Source of the DNA: an uncultured Acidimicrobiaceae bacterium | GTDB lineage: Bacteria > Actinomycetota > Acidimicrobiia > Acidimicrobiales > Bog-793 | Direction of reading: 5' to 3' | Length of the DNA stretch: 51,584 nt | NCBI GenBank assembly: GCA_964485645.1 | Contig: CAZAMA010000004.1 | Location: 1-51,584, forward strand | Shown: one piece after another, positions 1-9,268 of the stretch | Layout: each line of letters begins with the position of its first letter | Numbering within the stretch: the first letter of the stretch is position 1 | Notes under the pieces: model-generated | Databases searched by the model: none | Seen by the model: only the letters and a program-made list of their open reading frames with translations | What the model was told of the DNA's origin: nothing | Position numbers and translations under genes: made by a program

Positions 1-17
1 GCTGACGCTCACCGAGA

Positions 18-55
18 GGACCTCCCGCTGATCGTGGAACTTGGTGGCGACCTCC
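18..55. repeat. Left terminal inverted repeat of the IS256-family element
   Basis: GGACCTCCCGCTGATCGTGGAACTTGGTGGCGACCTCC aligns with the reverse complement of 1891-1930 (GGTTGTCCCGTTCTCCGTGGAATTTGAGTGGTGGTCCTCC). Shared blocks are GG, TCCCG, CGTGGAA, TTG, GTGG and CCTCC. Confidence 0.45.
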
Positions 56-87
56 AAGGTGATCATAGGCTCAGGCTGTAACACTCA

Positions 88-441
88 TCATCCGGCTCGT
101 TGCCGGGAGCGGGGCCGGGTGGCCAGCTGCTCTGCTGAGACGATGTCCGAGATGGCGACGAGCTCGTCGCAGTGGGGACATGGAGCTCCAGCGCCGAGGC
201 GTCGGCACCAGGTGTTGCAGTCCGGACAACGCTGGTCGAGGTAGCGGGCCTCGCAGCTCGGGCACTCATAGACGGTGTCGGACTTTGCCACCACGACCGG
301 TGCCACCGGCGCGGTGGTGCTCGCTCTCCACGCCCTTTGGCGGCACCGCGTCGAACACCACTGCTGGTCGCCCCGGCCGGTGAGCGGCTCCCCGCAGTAG
401 CCACAGCTAGCCGTCGCGTAGCCGTCGCGCACGGGGATCAT
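88..441 (-). CDS. Cys-rich multi-zinc-ribbon protein, function unknown
   Basis: 117 aa containing CGYCGEP..WCSTRCRQRAW, CPSC..CPDC and CPHC. Its ATG overlaps the transposase TGA (ATGA at 438-441), which suggests translational coupling. It lies inside the inferred IS ends. Confidence 0.5.
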   Translation of the reverse strand: MIPVRDGYATASCGYCGEPLTGRGDQQWCSTRCRQRAWRASTTAPVAPVVVAKSDTVYECPSCEARYLDQRCPDCNTWCRRLGAGAPCPHCDELVAISDIVSAEQLATRPRSRQRAG

Positions 442-1823
442 GCCGGCACCGCCTCGGTGAGTGTGTCGGTGTCCTTGTCAGCGGTCGCGGCCAGGAGCGC
501 GCCAGCCAGCTGGGGGAGCTGGCGGTACCCCTTCACCCGCCGGTACTGGTGAGCTGCCTGCTCCATGCCGGCTGCTGCCCATCGAAGCCGCATGTCGCCG
601 TCCCGCCAGCGCTTCACGTTGCGGGCGTGGTGGCGGATGATGTCCACGGTCGACTCCACGGGATTTGTCGTGGCCACCGTCTTTAGGAGCGTGCCGGTCA
701 CCTTGAGCCGCGTCACGGTGAACATCTCCTCGAGGCCCTCCCGAAGGCTCCCCGCCGCGTCGGGGTTCACCTTTTCCAGCTGGGTCGCGAGCGAGCGGAG
801 GTCCCGGACCGCCTCGTTTGGATCGGGGTTCTTCCAGGCCCGGCGCATCTTCTGGAGCACCCAGGCCCGCTCGGCCTCGGGCAGGTAGTCGGCGACGTTG
901 CGTTCCTTGTGCAACCGGCAACGCTGGATGACCGCCTTGTTGCCGAACACGTCGGTGACGGCCCGGTGCAGCGCCTTGCCACCGTCGAGCACGAACAAGA
1001 TGCCGCCTGAGGCATCGAGGCCCCGGTCACAGATGCCGGTCATAAGGGCCCGGACCACGGTGGCGTTCTCGGTCGAGCCCTCCACCACCCCGAGGGGGAT
1101 CTTGGTGCCATCGGCGGTCACCCCGAGCGCTCCCACCATGGTGTGGCCCGCGAAGTCAAAGCCATCCGCGAAAACGACGAGGAAACGGTGAGACGAGAGG
1201 TCCCGGGAGCGAAACTCCGAGAGGCGGGTGGCTGTCGCGGTGACAAAGCGCCGGGACACCGCCGATGAGGAGGTGGCGCGGGCCTCGGCCTCCACCTGCT
1301 CGCCGACTGGCTCGAGCCCGGCCAAGTAGCTTCGGGTGGAGAGTCCCGCCAGCATGGCCCCCACGGTGTGCTCGGTGAGCAGGTCGAGCCTCGCGAAGGC
1401 GTCGTAGGACTCGAGGTGGAGCTCGGTGTCGGTCAGGCTTCGCACCCGGGGACGGCGCATCGGGAGCTTGCGCCCGCCGAGAACGACGGCCCCGTCCTCG
1501 CTACCGTGGCGGTAGGCGGTGCGATCTGCCTTGTTGTGCTTGGCCTTCGGCCCGGCGAGCTCGGTGACCTCGGCCTCCATCAGCTCGGCCATCACCTCGA
1601 GGCCGATGCCGACCGAGGCGGCAAGCAGGCCCTCGCGCATCCTGGTCGCGAAGAGCAGCAGCTCGTCGCCCACCTTTCCCGCGAGACGCTCGACAAGGCT
1701 GCCGGCGAGCTTCGGGTCGTCGAGGTCGACGAGGCCCAAGCCGGGCAGGATCGTGAGCCGCGGCTTCTTCTCTGCTGCGCTCGTTTTCGGCGCGGCCTTC
1801 TTCGTGGTGTGCAACGCTGACAT
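438..1823 (-). CDS. IS256-family (Mutator-type) transposase
   Basis: 461 aa with typical IS256 family blocks: VVFADGFDF, ILFVLDGGKALHRAV, IQRCRLHKERNV, TTNPVES, RWRDGDM. Confidence 0.93.
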   Translation of the reverse strand: MSALHTTKKAAPKTSAAEKKPRLTILPGLGLVDLDDPKLAGSLVERLAGKVGDELLLFATRMREGLLAASVGIGLEVMAELMEAEVTELAGPKAKHNKADRTAYRHGSEDGAVVLGGRKLPMRRPRVRSLTDTELHLESYDAFARLDLLTEHTVGAMLAGLSTRSYLAGLEPVGEQVEAEARATSSSAVSRRFVTATATRLSEFRSRDLSSHRFLVVFADGFDFAGHTMVGALGVTADGTKIPLGVVEGSTENATVVRALMTGICDRGLDASGGILFVLDGGKALHRAVTDVFGNKAVIQRCRLHKERNVADYLPEAERAWVLQKMRRAWKNPDPNEAVRDLRSLATQLEKVNPDAAGSLREGLEEMFTVTRLKVTGTLLKTVATTNPVESTVDIIRHHARNVKRWRDGDMRLRWAAAGMEQAAHQYRRVKGYRQLPQLAGALLAATADKDTDTLTEAVPA

Positions 1824-1890
1824 GGTCGGTGGTCATCCGGTTCGTGTGGTTGGTGGTCAACCCGAGCCTGCCTCATGGCAGGGCCGAGGC

Positions 1891-1930
1891 GGAGGACCAC
1901 CACTCAAATTCCACGGAGAACGGGACAACC
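1891..1930. repeat. Right terminal inverted repeat of the IS256-family element
   Basis: Partner of 18-55. It lies 68-107 nt upstream of the transposase start codon. Confidence 0.45.
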
Positions 1931-2269
1931 TCGGGCCAGCAGGTGCGCTGGTCACAGGGTCGCGTGCCACCGCTATCACTCCGTGGCCAGGGCTACCCAC
2001 GGAAAACCCGGAAGCGCCCCTTTTATGTGGCTAATTTTTCTGCTACTAGCCCGCTGAGGACAACCTGGCCTCGCTACTCAGTCGACGTGCCGCGGAGCAC
2101 GGCGAGGTCATCTGTGGCCCTCTGCCCGCATGGCGACTACGTGGTATGGATGATCATCGGCATCGCGGCGCTGGCGACGCTCGCCGGTTTGACGCTGGTG
2201 CACATCCGAGCCGACCCGGGGTCGCCGCCAGGGCGCGTTGCCGCCGGTCACCGTCTCGGCCGCGAGAGC

Positions 2270-3325
2270 TCAGCAGCTCGTCGCTGCTTCAGCGTGGTCG
2301 GGGGCACCGACGGTGACGTGGCAGGCGCCGAAGTGGCCCGGCGAGCTCGGCTGAAGGCGCGGCGTAACCTCGTGGCAGAGGGGCTGCACGAGCGGGCAGC
2401 GCCAGCGGAACCTGCACCCTTCCCCCGGCTCGATGACCCGGGGCGGCTCCCCCACATCGGTGAGCTCGAAGCTGATCGGCACCCGTGGGTCGGGGACGGC
2501 GGAGCGTAGGAGGCGGGTGTAGGGGTGCACCGGCTCACGAAGCACCGTCTCGGTCGGCCCCGTCTCGACGACGTGGCCGGCGTACATCACCACCACCCTG
2601 TCCGAGACATAACGGGCGCTCGCGATGTCGTGAGTGATGTAGAGGAACGAGATGCGGTTCTCGTCACGCAGGCGGCTCATCAAATTGAGCACCCCGATGC
2701 GGATCGAAACATCGAGCATCGACACTGGTTCGTCGGCGACGACAAGGCGCGGATGGTACGAGAGCGCTTGCGCGAAGCCGACCCGCTGGCGCTGCCCACC
2801 ACTCAGCTCGTGCGGCAGGCGGGCCATTGTCTCGCCGGGCGGAGTCAACCCGACCGCCTCGAGCGCCGCCGCAGCCGCCTCGGTGAGCTCAGCGCGCGAG
2901 AGCTCCGGGCGGTGCAACTTGAGCCCACGCAGCAGCATGTACCCGATCGTGTGCACGGGGTTGAGCGAGGAGTACGGGTCCTGGAATACCATCGGCACCT
3001 GGCCCCGGTAGGACAGCAGCTCTCGGCGCGACCTGAGCTCAGTGACCAGCCGCCCGTCGAAGCGGATGTCGCCGGCGGTCGGGCGGTAGACCATCGACAG
3101 CAGCCGCGCCACGGTCGACTTGCCGCTCCCGCTCTCGCCGACGAGGGCCACGATCTCACCCTCGCCGATCACCAGGTCGATGTCGTCGACGGCGTGCAGC
3201 CGCCTGCCGAAGAGGCCGCCGATGCGGAAATGGCGCGTGAGCGCGCGCGCCTCAAGCAGCGGGGTCCCCGAGGGAGCGGGCAGCACAGGGACAGCCGCCT
3301 CGCTCAAGCCTGTCACCTCACTCAC
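2270..3325 (-). CDS. Peptide ABC transporter ATP-binding protein (OppF/DppF type)
   Basis: Walker A GESGSGKST, signature LSGGQRQR, Walker B LVVADEP, and a C-terminal oligopeptide-type extension with CRFRWRCP. The start overlaps the upstream ATPase stop by 8 nt. Confidence 0.93.
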   Translation of the reverse strand: MSEVTGLSEAAVPVLPAPSGTPLLEARALTRHFRIGGLFGRRLHAVDDIDLVIGEGEIVALVGESGSGKSTVARLLSMVYRPTAGDIRFDGRLVTELRSRRELLSYRGQVPMVFQDPYSSLNPVHTIGYMLLRGLKLHRPELSRAELTEAAAAALEAVGLTPPGETMARLPHELSGGQRQRVGFAQALSYHPRLVVADEPVSMLDVSIRIGVLNLMSRLRDENRISFLYITHDIASARYVSDRVVVMYAGHVVETGPTETVLREPVHPYTRLLRSAVPDPRVPISFELTDVGEPPRVIEPGEGCRFRWRCPLVQPLCHEVTPRLQPSSPGHFGACHVTVGAPDHAEAATSC

Positions 3326-4355
3326 GTGCCACCCCGCTTACTGCGCCGCCCAGCTCACCCGCCACCTCGCTGACCGTGCCGGCGGGCTCGTAGAGCAGGC
3401 AGCGCACGAGCTCTCCCTCTGTGGCAAGCAGCGCCGGTACGCGCTGCCGGCAGGCCGCCATCACTTTGGCGCAGCGTGGCGCGAAGCGGCAGCCGACCGG
3501 GAGGCGCGATAGGTTCGGCGGGTAGCCGGGAATCCCGCTGAGCGGGACCTTCGGACCGTCCACCGACGGGAACGCCTCGAACAGCCCCTGGGTGTAGGGG
3601 TGGAGCGGGGTGTCGAAGACCTGACGGGTCGAGCCGAGCTCGACGACCTGTCCGGCGTACATCACGGCCAACCGGTCCGAAAAGTGGCTGACGAGCGACA
3701 TGTCGTGGGTGACGAAGAGCACGGCGAAGCCGAGCCGTTGCTGCAGCAGCTTCACCTGCACCATGAGCGAGCGCTGCGCGACGACGTCGAGCGCCGAGGT
3801 CGGCTCGTCCATGAGGATGAGCTCCGGCGAGAACAACAGCGCCATCGCGATCATCACCCTCTGGCGCATGCCACCGGACAGCTGATGGGGAAAGCTCTTC
3901 AAGTGGGCGGCGTCGATACCGACGAGGGCAAGCACCTCACGACTGCGCTCGGCGATGGCCGAGCGGTCCTTCACCCCGTGAGCGCGCATCGCGTCGGTGA
4001 ACTGCGCGCCGACGCTCTTCACGGGATTCATGGCATTCATCGCGCTCTGCATGACGACCGAGTAGTCGCGCCAGCGGATGGCGCTCAGCTCCCTGGCGCT
4101 CATCTGCACGAGGTTCGAACCCGTGAACAGCACGGTGCCGGCCACTATGCGCGCCGGTGGGCTGAGCAGCTGGGCGATGGCGAAGAGCAGCGTCGACTTA
4201 CCGCAGCCGGACTCGCCGACGATACCGATGAACTCACCCCGCCCTATGGAGAGCTCGATGTCGTCGACAGCGCGAGCTGGCGAGGACCCCGTCGCGTACT
4301 CGACGCAGAGCCCGCGCACCTCGAGAACCGGTCCGGCCCCCACCGCCTTGGTCAA
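3318..4355 (-). CDS. Peptide ABC transporter ATP-binding protein (OppD/DppD type)
   Basis: GESGCGKST, LSGGMRQR, LILMDEPTSALD, C-terminal CRFAPRC. Start assigned to the TTG at 4355, which has an AGGAGG 6 nt upstream and a TTGA overlap with the permease stop. The track ORF runs on to 4556 through the permease. Confidence 0.88.
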   Translation of the reverse strand: MTKAVGAGPVLEVRGLCVEYATGSSPARAVDDIELSIGRGEFIGIVGESGCGKSTLLFAIAQLLSPPARIVAGTVLFTGSNLVQMSARELSAIRWRDYSVVMQSAMNAMNPVKSVGAQFTDAMRAHGVKDRSAIAERSREVLALVGIDAAHLKSFPHQLSGGMRQRVMIAMALLFSPELILMDEPTSALDVVAQRSLMVQVKLLQQRLGFAVLFVTHDMSLVSHFSDRLAVMYAGQVVELGSTRQVFDTPLHPYTQGLFEAFPSVDGPKVPLSGIPGYPPNLSRLPVGCRFAPRCAKVMAACRQRVPALLATEGELVRCLLYEPAGTVSEVAGELGGAVSGVARE

Positions 4356-5353
4356 CCCTCGCCTCCTGCATCTGACGGCCGGCGCCGGCGCACCCTCGGC
4401 AGAGCACGCAGCCAAGCGGCCCACGCGGGGACGATCTTGGCCCCGCGGTCGCGCACGTTGCGCAGTGCCGGGTTGCCGATCTCGTCGAAGGCGTAGTTCA
4501 ACAAGGCGAAGGCACCCCCGAGGAGAGCGATGCACACGCCGGGGGCGATCGCCCACAACGGCTGGCCGCCCTGCAGTGCGTCATTGTTCTGCGCCCAGTA
4601 CAGCATGGTGCCCCAGCTCTGGATATTCGGGTTCCCGAGGCCGACGAACTGCAGACCGGCCGCCGCCAGCACGGCGTAGACGGCGGCACCGAGAAAGTCG
4701 GCCACGATCAGCGACGTCATGAGCGGCAGGAGCTCGAAGACAATGATGCGCAGGCGCCTCTCGCCGCGCAGGCGTGCGGCGACGAGGAAGTCGCGGTTGC
4801 GGAGCGACAGCGCCTGAGCGCGAAGCTGACGAGCCCCGTAGGACCAGCCTGTCACGACGAGCACGCCAATGATCACCGTGGTATTGGCGTTCTTCGAGTA
4901 CGCGGCGATGACCACGATCAGAGGGAAGGCAGGGATGACGAGGAAGACGTCGGTGAGAAGCGACAGTACGCCGTCAGCCACCCCGCCGAGGTAGGCAGCG
5001 GACACCCCGACGATGACACCCAGCACCGTGGCAAGCAGGCCTGCGACGACGGCGATGATCAAGGAAACCCGCGTGCCCCAGATCAGCTGGGCGAAAATGT
5101 CCTGGCCGAGGGCCGTGGTGCCAAGCAAGTGGGCACTGGAGGGTCCCTGGCGGGGCAGGTAGGCGTAGGCGCCCGGGTTGTCCTTGGCCACAAGCCCTGG
5201 CGCGATGGCCAGGAAGGTGAACGCCGCCAGGAGGACCAGACCGACGAGCGCCTTCTTGTTGCCGAGCAGCGAGCGGCCAAAGGAGCGCAGCCAGGCGAGC
5301 CGTGGCCGGCTGCGGGCCGGCAGGACCATCCCTGCGCTCTCGGCCGCCAGCAT
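4352..5353 (-). CDS. Peptide ABC transporter permease (OppC/DppC type)
   Basis: 333 aa, multi-TM, with a BPD-transporter EAA-like region (ARLRGERRLRIIVFELLP). Adjacent to the partner permease. Confidence 0.92.
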   Translation of the reverse strand: MLAAESAGMVLPARSRPRLAWLRSFGRSLLGNKKALVGLVLLAAFTFLAIAPGLVAKDNPGAYAYLPRQGPSSAHLLGTTALGQDIFAQLIWGTRVSLIIAVVAGLLATVLGVIVGVSAAYLGGVADGVLSLLTDVFLVIPAFPLIVVIAAYSKNANTTVIIGVLVVTGWSYGARQLRAQALSLRNRDFLVAARLRGERRLRIIVFELLPLMTSLIVADFLGAAVYAVLAAAGLQFVGLGNPNIQSWGTMLYWAQNNDALQGGQPLWAIAPGVCIALLGGAFALLNYAFDEIGNPALRNVRDRGAKIVPAWAAWLRALPRVRRRRPSDAGGEG

Positions 5354-6336
5354 CAGGAATCCGTCCTCGTGCGCGGATCGAGCACCACCGTGAGCGCGTC
5401 GACGAGGAGCACGGCGACGAGCACAGCCAAGGTGATGAACATGAACAACGTCTGCATCAACGGGTAGTCGTCATTGAAGACTGCCTGCAGCAACTGGTAG
5501 CCGACGCCTGGGTAGTCGAAGACATACTCGACGAGGACCGCCCCCGAGACCACGAACCCGAGCGACATCCCAAACCCGGTGAGGTTGGGAAGGATGGCGT
5601 TCCGTCCGGCGTAGTCGAGCATCACTCGCCAAGACGGGAGCCCCTTGGCCCTCGCCATGCGGATGTAGTCCTCGGCGAGGGTGGTGATCATGTTGTTGCG
5701 CATGGTGAGGATCCAGCCGCCAATCGAGGTGACGAGCAGAGTCAGGCCTGGCAGCACTGCGTGCTCGAGCACGTCGGAGATGTAGCTCCAGGTGAACGCC
5801 ACCGTGGCGCCGTTGTTGTAGTTCGAGCCGGGCGGCAACCAGTTCAGCTTCACGGCGAAGACGAGGATCGCGACGAGGCCGATCCAGAAGTACGGAAAGG
5901 CCGAAAGCACGATGAAGATCGGCGGCAACAGGCTGTCGAACAGCCCGCCGCGCCGCCAGGCGCCGACTAGGCCGATCAAGGTCCCGAGCACGAAGGCGAG
6001 AACCGTCGTCACGCCGACGAGACCGAGCGTCCACGGCAGTGCCGAGGTGACCACCTGGCGCACGCTGTCGGGGAAGAAGGTGAGCGAGGTGCCCCAGCGC
6101 CCGGTGAGGGTGTCGCCGAAGTAGCCGACATACTGCGAGAGCAGGCTGGCGTGGCTGTTCACGCCGAAGGCGACCTCCATCGCCTTCAGCGTCTCACCGG
6201 TAAGCCGGCCGTGGAAGCGCGCCATCATGGCGATGGCCGGGTTGCCGGGCATGAGGCGCGGCAGGAGGAAATTGATCGTCATCGCCGCCCAAAAAGTGAC
6301 GACGAAGAAGCCGAGACGGCGGAGGACGTAACGCAT
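5353..6336 (-). CDS. Peptide ABC transporter permease (OppB/DppB type)
   Basis: Canonical N-terminus MRYVLRRLGFFVVTFW begins at the ATG at 6336. Contains EDYIRMARAKGL. The track ORF extends to 6462 with an Arg-rich, non-coding-looking leader. Confidence 0.9.
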   Translation of the reverse strand: MRYVLRRLGFFVVTFWAAMTINFLLPRLMPGNPAIAMMARFHGRLTGETLKAMEVAFGVNSHASLLSQYVGYFGDTLTGRWGTSLTFFPDSVRQVVTSALPWTLGLVGVTTVLAFVLGTLIGLVGAWRRGGLFDSLLPPIFIVLSAFPYFWIGLVAILVFAVKLNWLPPGSNYNNGATVAFTWSYISDVLEHAVLPGLTLLVTSIGGWILTMRNNMITTLAEDYIRMARAKGLPSWRVMLDYAGRNAILPNLTGFGMSLGFVVSGAVLVEYVFDYPGVGYQLLQAVFNDDYPLMQTLFMFITLAVLVAVLLVDALTVVLDPRTRTDS

Positions 6337-6498
6337 TAGCAGCCGATCATGCAGCAACCGCGGCTCGCGTAGAACCTGCAAGTCCCGCCGACGCATGCAC
6401 GGGCGGCCGGATCGGCGCCGGCTGGAGCGGCGAGGCGCCGGCCGGCGAGAGCGCGTCCGCAAAGGACATGCTCACCGGCACGGCGCGCTCGGCCCTGC

Positions 6499-8202
6499 TC
6501 ACTTGCTGTGGAGGTGGAGCAGCACGATCTCCCAGTCCGGGACGACGAAGCAGTACGGCTGGGCGTAGGGATCCGACGCACTCGGCCAGCCGGCGAACTG
6601 CGCGGTCGAGTACTCGTCCCAGTCCACCTGCTCGAGCACCGGAATGAGCGGGACGTCGTTCAGCAGCACGCCCTGCAGCTTGTCCATGATGGCGTGCTGA
6701 GTCGAGCTGTTCGTCGTCGCCGCGTACCGGGCGAGCAACTGGTCGGTCGAGGGGCTCGAGTAGCGCTCCCAGTTGGTGGGGGCAGGCTGGCCGATCGGGG
6801 CGGTGTTGGCGCTGTTCAGCCACTGGTTGAACTCGTAGTACGGGCTTGGCCCGCCGGTCTCGTAGCCGTAGGCGAGCTGGAAGTTGCCGTCGTACAGCTT
6901 GGCGCTGTAGTCGGTGCCGGCTAGGTTGTCGACCGTCAGCTTGATGCCGACCGCGGCCAGCTCCTGCGCGACCACTTGCAGGTCGGTCACCCAGTCTGTG
7001 TAGGCGGCCTGGTTGATGATCGTGAACGATAGCGGCTTGCCTTGTGGCGAGACGAAGACCCCGCTCGAGTTCTTCTTGAACCCTGCCTTCTTCAGGATCG
7101 AGATCGCCTTGCTCGGGTCGTAGCCGTAGCCAGCCCTCTTCAGCGCCGAGCTGTCGAGCCAGGAAGAGAACGTCGGCGTGACGATCCCGGCCTGTTGGGC
7201 TCCCGGCTCATAGCCGTATTCACCAATGGCTGCGACCTTCGGGCGGTTGAGGGCGAAGGCCATCGCCTTGCGCACGGCCAGGTTGTCAAGCAGGGGGTCC
7301 TTCTGATTGATGAAGATCGAGACGTTGACCACCGGTGGGAACCAGTAGTGGTTGTCGGGGCTCTTCGAGAGGTACTCGAGCTTTAGGTTGGGGATGAACT
7401 GTCCTCCCCACTGGGCGCCGCCGGTCGACAGCAGCGTGTTCGCCGGTGGGTTCGAGGAGAACGCCGGGTACTCCACCCTGGCGATATGCGGCTCGTTCGG
7501 CTGCCAGTAGTGGCGGTTAGCGACGTAGGAGACGTTCTGCGAAGTGCAGCTGCTCATGACGAACGGGCCCGTGCCAATGGGATCGGCGTCTTTGTAGGTA
7601 ACAGGGTTTGCGACTTTCGACCATATGTGCTCTGGCACGATTCCGACCTGGTCGGCAATGTAGTAAAAGTACGGCACCGCCTCGTGCCTGAACTTCATCA
7701 CGACCTGGTCGGAGCCCTTAGCCCTCACCGACGACAGCACCGACCAGACTGAGTTCAAGTCGAGCGCCGGGTACTTCTTCAACATGTCGAAGGTGAACAC
7801 GACATCAGCTGTGCTGAAGGACGTGCTGTTTGTCCACTTCACCCCTTTCCGGAGCGTGAAGGTGAGTGTCTTGTTGCCGTTGCTCCAAGCGTAAGACGTG
7901 GCAAGCCACGGTGTGACCTTGGCGTTCTCGAGGGCGTTGACGTACATGAGCGGCTCGTAGATGGCCCCCATCGAGAGGAAGTTCGACGTCGGGCTGAACG
8001 GGCTGAACCCGCAAGTCCAGAGGAACTGCGCGTCGGAGATGGTAAGTGTGCCTCGTGGAGCTGAGGAGGAAGCGTGCCGAACCTCGCTCGCGGGTCGCCT
8101 CGTTACTCCGGAGGTGCTCGCCGTCGCTCCCACTGAGGTGGCAGCAAGCACACCGACCGGCACCAGCAGCGCCATCAGCAGGTTGCGTATTCTTCTTCTC
8201 AT
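6499..8202 (-). CDS. Peptide/nickel ABC substrate-binding protein (family 5 SBP)
   Basis: 567 aa with signal peptide MRRRIRNLLMALLVPVGVLAAT. Family-5 SBP size, and first gene of the opp-like operon. Confidence 0.9.
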   Translation of the reverse strand: MRRRIRNLLMALLVPVGVLAATSVGATASTSGVTRRPASEVRHASSSAPRGTLTISDAQFLWTCGFSPFSPTSNFLSMGAIYEPLMYVNALENAKVTPWLATSYAWSNGNKTLTFTLRKGVKWTNSTSFSTADVVFTFDMLKKYPALDLNSVWSVLSSVRAKGSDQVVMKFRHEAVPYFYYIADQVGIVPEHIWSKVANPVTYKDADPIGTGPFVMSSCTSQNVSYVANRHYWQPNEPHIARVEYPAFSSNPPANTLLSTGGAQWGGQFIPNLKLEYLSKSPDNHYWFPPVVNVSIFINQKDPLLDNLAVRKAMAFALNRPKVAAIGEYGYEPGAQQAGIVTPTFSSWLDSSALKRAGYGYDPSKAISILKKAGFKKNSSGVFVSPQGKPLSFTIINQAAYTDWVTDLQVVAQELAAVGIKLTVDNLAGTDYSAKLYDGNFQLAYGYETGGPSPYYEFNQWLNSANTAPIGQPAPTNWERYSSPSTDQLLARYAATTNSSTQHAIMDKLQGVLLNDVPLIPVLEQVDWDEYSTAQFAGWPSASDPYAQPYCFVVPDWEIVLLHLHSK

Positions 8203-8213
8203 GCAACTACCCC

Positions 8214-8284
8214 CTTGTCTGTTTAGGTTGTGAACTATCTGTCGTTGGGACCTGTCTGTGTTGTCGCCTGTCTAGGTTGTCGCC
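8214..8284 (-). promoter_or_regulatory. Low-GC upstream region of the peptide ABC operon with reiterated TGTCT..GTTGT motifs
   Basis: tgtctgtttaggttgt (8216-8231), tctgtcgttgg (8237-8247), tgtctgtgttgt (8254-8265) and tgtctaggttgt (8269-8280) all lie within 80 bp upstream of the SBP start. Confidence 0.25.
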
Positions 8285-9150
8285 ATTGGGTCCGAGGTCG
8301 CGCTGCGGTCGGCGGCCTGCTCAGCTCGGTACGGCAGCCCGCCGCTCACGACGAGGTGCGAGCCGGTGACATGCGCGGCGAGCGGGGAGCAGAGGAATGC
8401 GATCGCCGACGCGATGTCCCCGGGCGCCTCGAAGTCTCCGAGCAGGAGACGCCGGCGGTACTCCTCCTTGATGCCGGAGGCGGGAAGGCCCCGTCGCTCC
8501 CCTTCCTGCTGCCACTCGAGCTCCATCATTTCGGTGGCGACATCCCCGGGACCGACGGCGTTCACCGTCACGTGCGGTGCCAGCTCCTGAGCGGCCACCT
8601 GGGTGAGGCCGACCACGGCGAACTTCGCGGCGCAATAGGGCCCGAAGTACTTGGTGGTGCAGTTCGGCTGGGCGACGTAGGAGCCGAGGTTGACGATGCG
8701 CCCGAACCGCTGCGCCACCATGCGCGGACCCACCTCGCGGATCATGAGAAAGGTGCCTTTGGCCATCACGTCGAGGTGCTCGTCCCAGTCCTCGTCGCTG
8801 CACTCGGCGATCGGGCGGTAGCGGGAAATGCCGGCGTTGTTCACGAGGAAATCGATGCGCGTGCAGGCCGAGAGCGTCGAGGCCACTACGGCGCGCACCG
8901 TCGCCGTGTCGGACACGTCTCCAGGTACGCTGATCGCCACTCCGCCATCGGCGGTGATCGCCGCCGCCACCTCCCGGCTCGCCGCCTCGTCACGATCGTT
9001 CACCGCTACCTGACACCCGCATTCAGCAAGCAGGCGCGTCGTGGCGCGCCCGATCCCGCGACCCGCTCCCGTCACAAGTGCGGTGCGGCCGTCGAAGTCA
9101 AATGGCGGGCGCCTTCCTGCACGCTCCTGCACGACATCGCTCAGCGACAT
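8272..9150 (-). CDS. SDR-family oxidoreductase
   Basis: TALVTGAGRGIGRA dinucleotide motif, NNAG, and catalytic YCAAK. Confidence 0.9.
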   Translation of the reverse strand: MSLSDVVQERAGRRPPFDFDGRTALVTGAGRGIGRATTRLLAECGCQVAVNDRDEAASREVAAAITADGGVAISVPGDVSDTATVRAVVASTLSACTRIDFLVNNAGISRYRPIAECSDEDWDEHLDVMAKGTFLMIREVGPRMVAQRFGRIVNLGSYVAQPNCTTKYFGPYCAAKFAVVGLTQVAAQELAPHVTVNAVGPGDVATEMMELEWQQEGERRGLPASGIKEEYRRRLLLGDFEAPGDIASAIAFLCSPLAAHVTGSHLVVSGGLPYRAEQAADRSATSDPMATT

Positions 9151-9268
9151 GCGCTAGGGTCTAGCACCCGGTGGCCCCTGTTTCAAACCTGGCCGTGAGC
9201 CCTCCGGGTTGCTTCTGGGCCGGCATGCACGGCTACGCACGGCTGGCCGCGGCAGGAGCGGAGGCGGC

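Larger units (their letters stand above)
18..1930 (-). mobile_element. IS256-family insertion sequence (approximate ends) carrying a transposase and a co-translated Cys-rich ORF
   Basis: Mutator/IS256-type transposase ORF flanked by imperfect ~40-bp terminal inverted repeats (18-55 vs the reverse complement of 1891-1930). No clear target-site duplication is visible, and only 17 nt of left flank lie in the window. Confidence 0.55.

Noticed and set aside
1829-2509. 226-aa plus-strand ORF with one hydrophobic segment
   Set aside because: Its second half is antisense to the OppF-like gene, and its first half spans the IS end and an intergenic spacer. There is no motif support.
4356-4556. Upstream extension of the OppD-like ATPase ORF
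   Set aside because: It overlaps the permease coding region and is Arg-rich. A TTG with a good SD at 4355 gives a normal-length ATPase.
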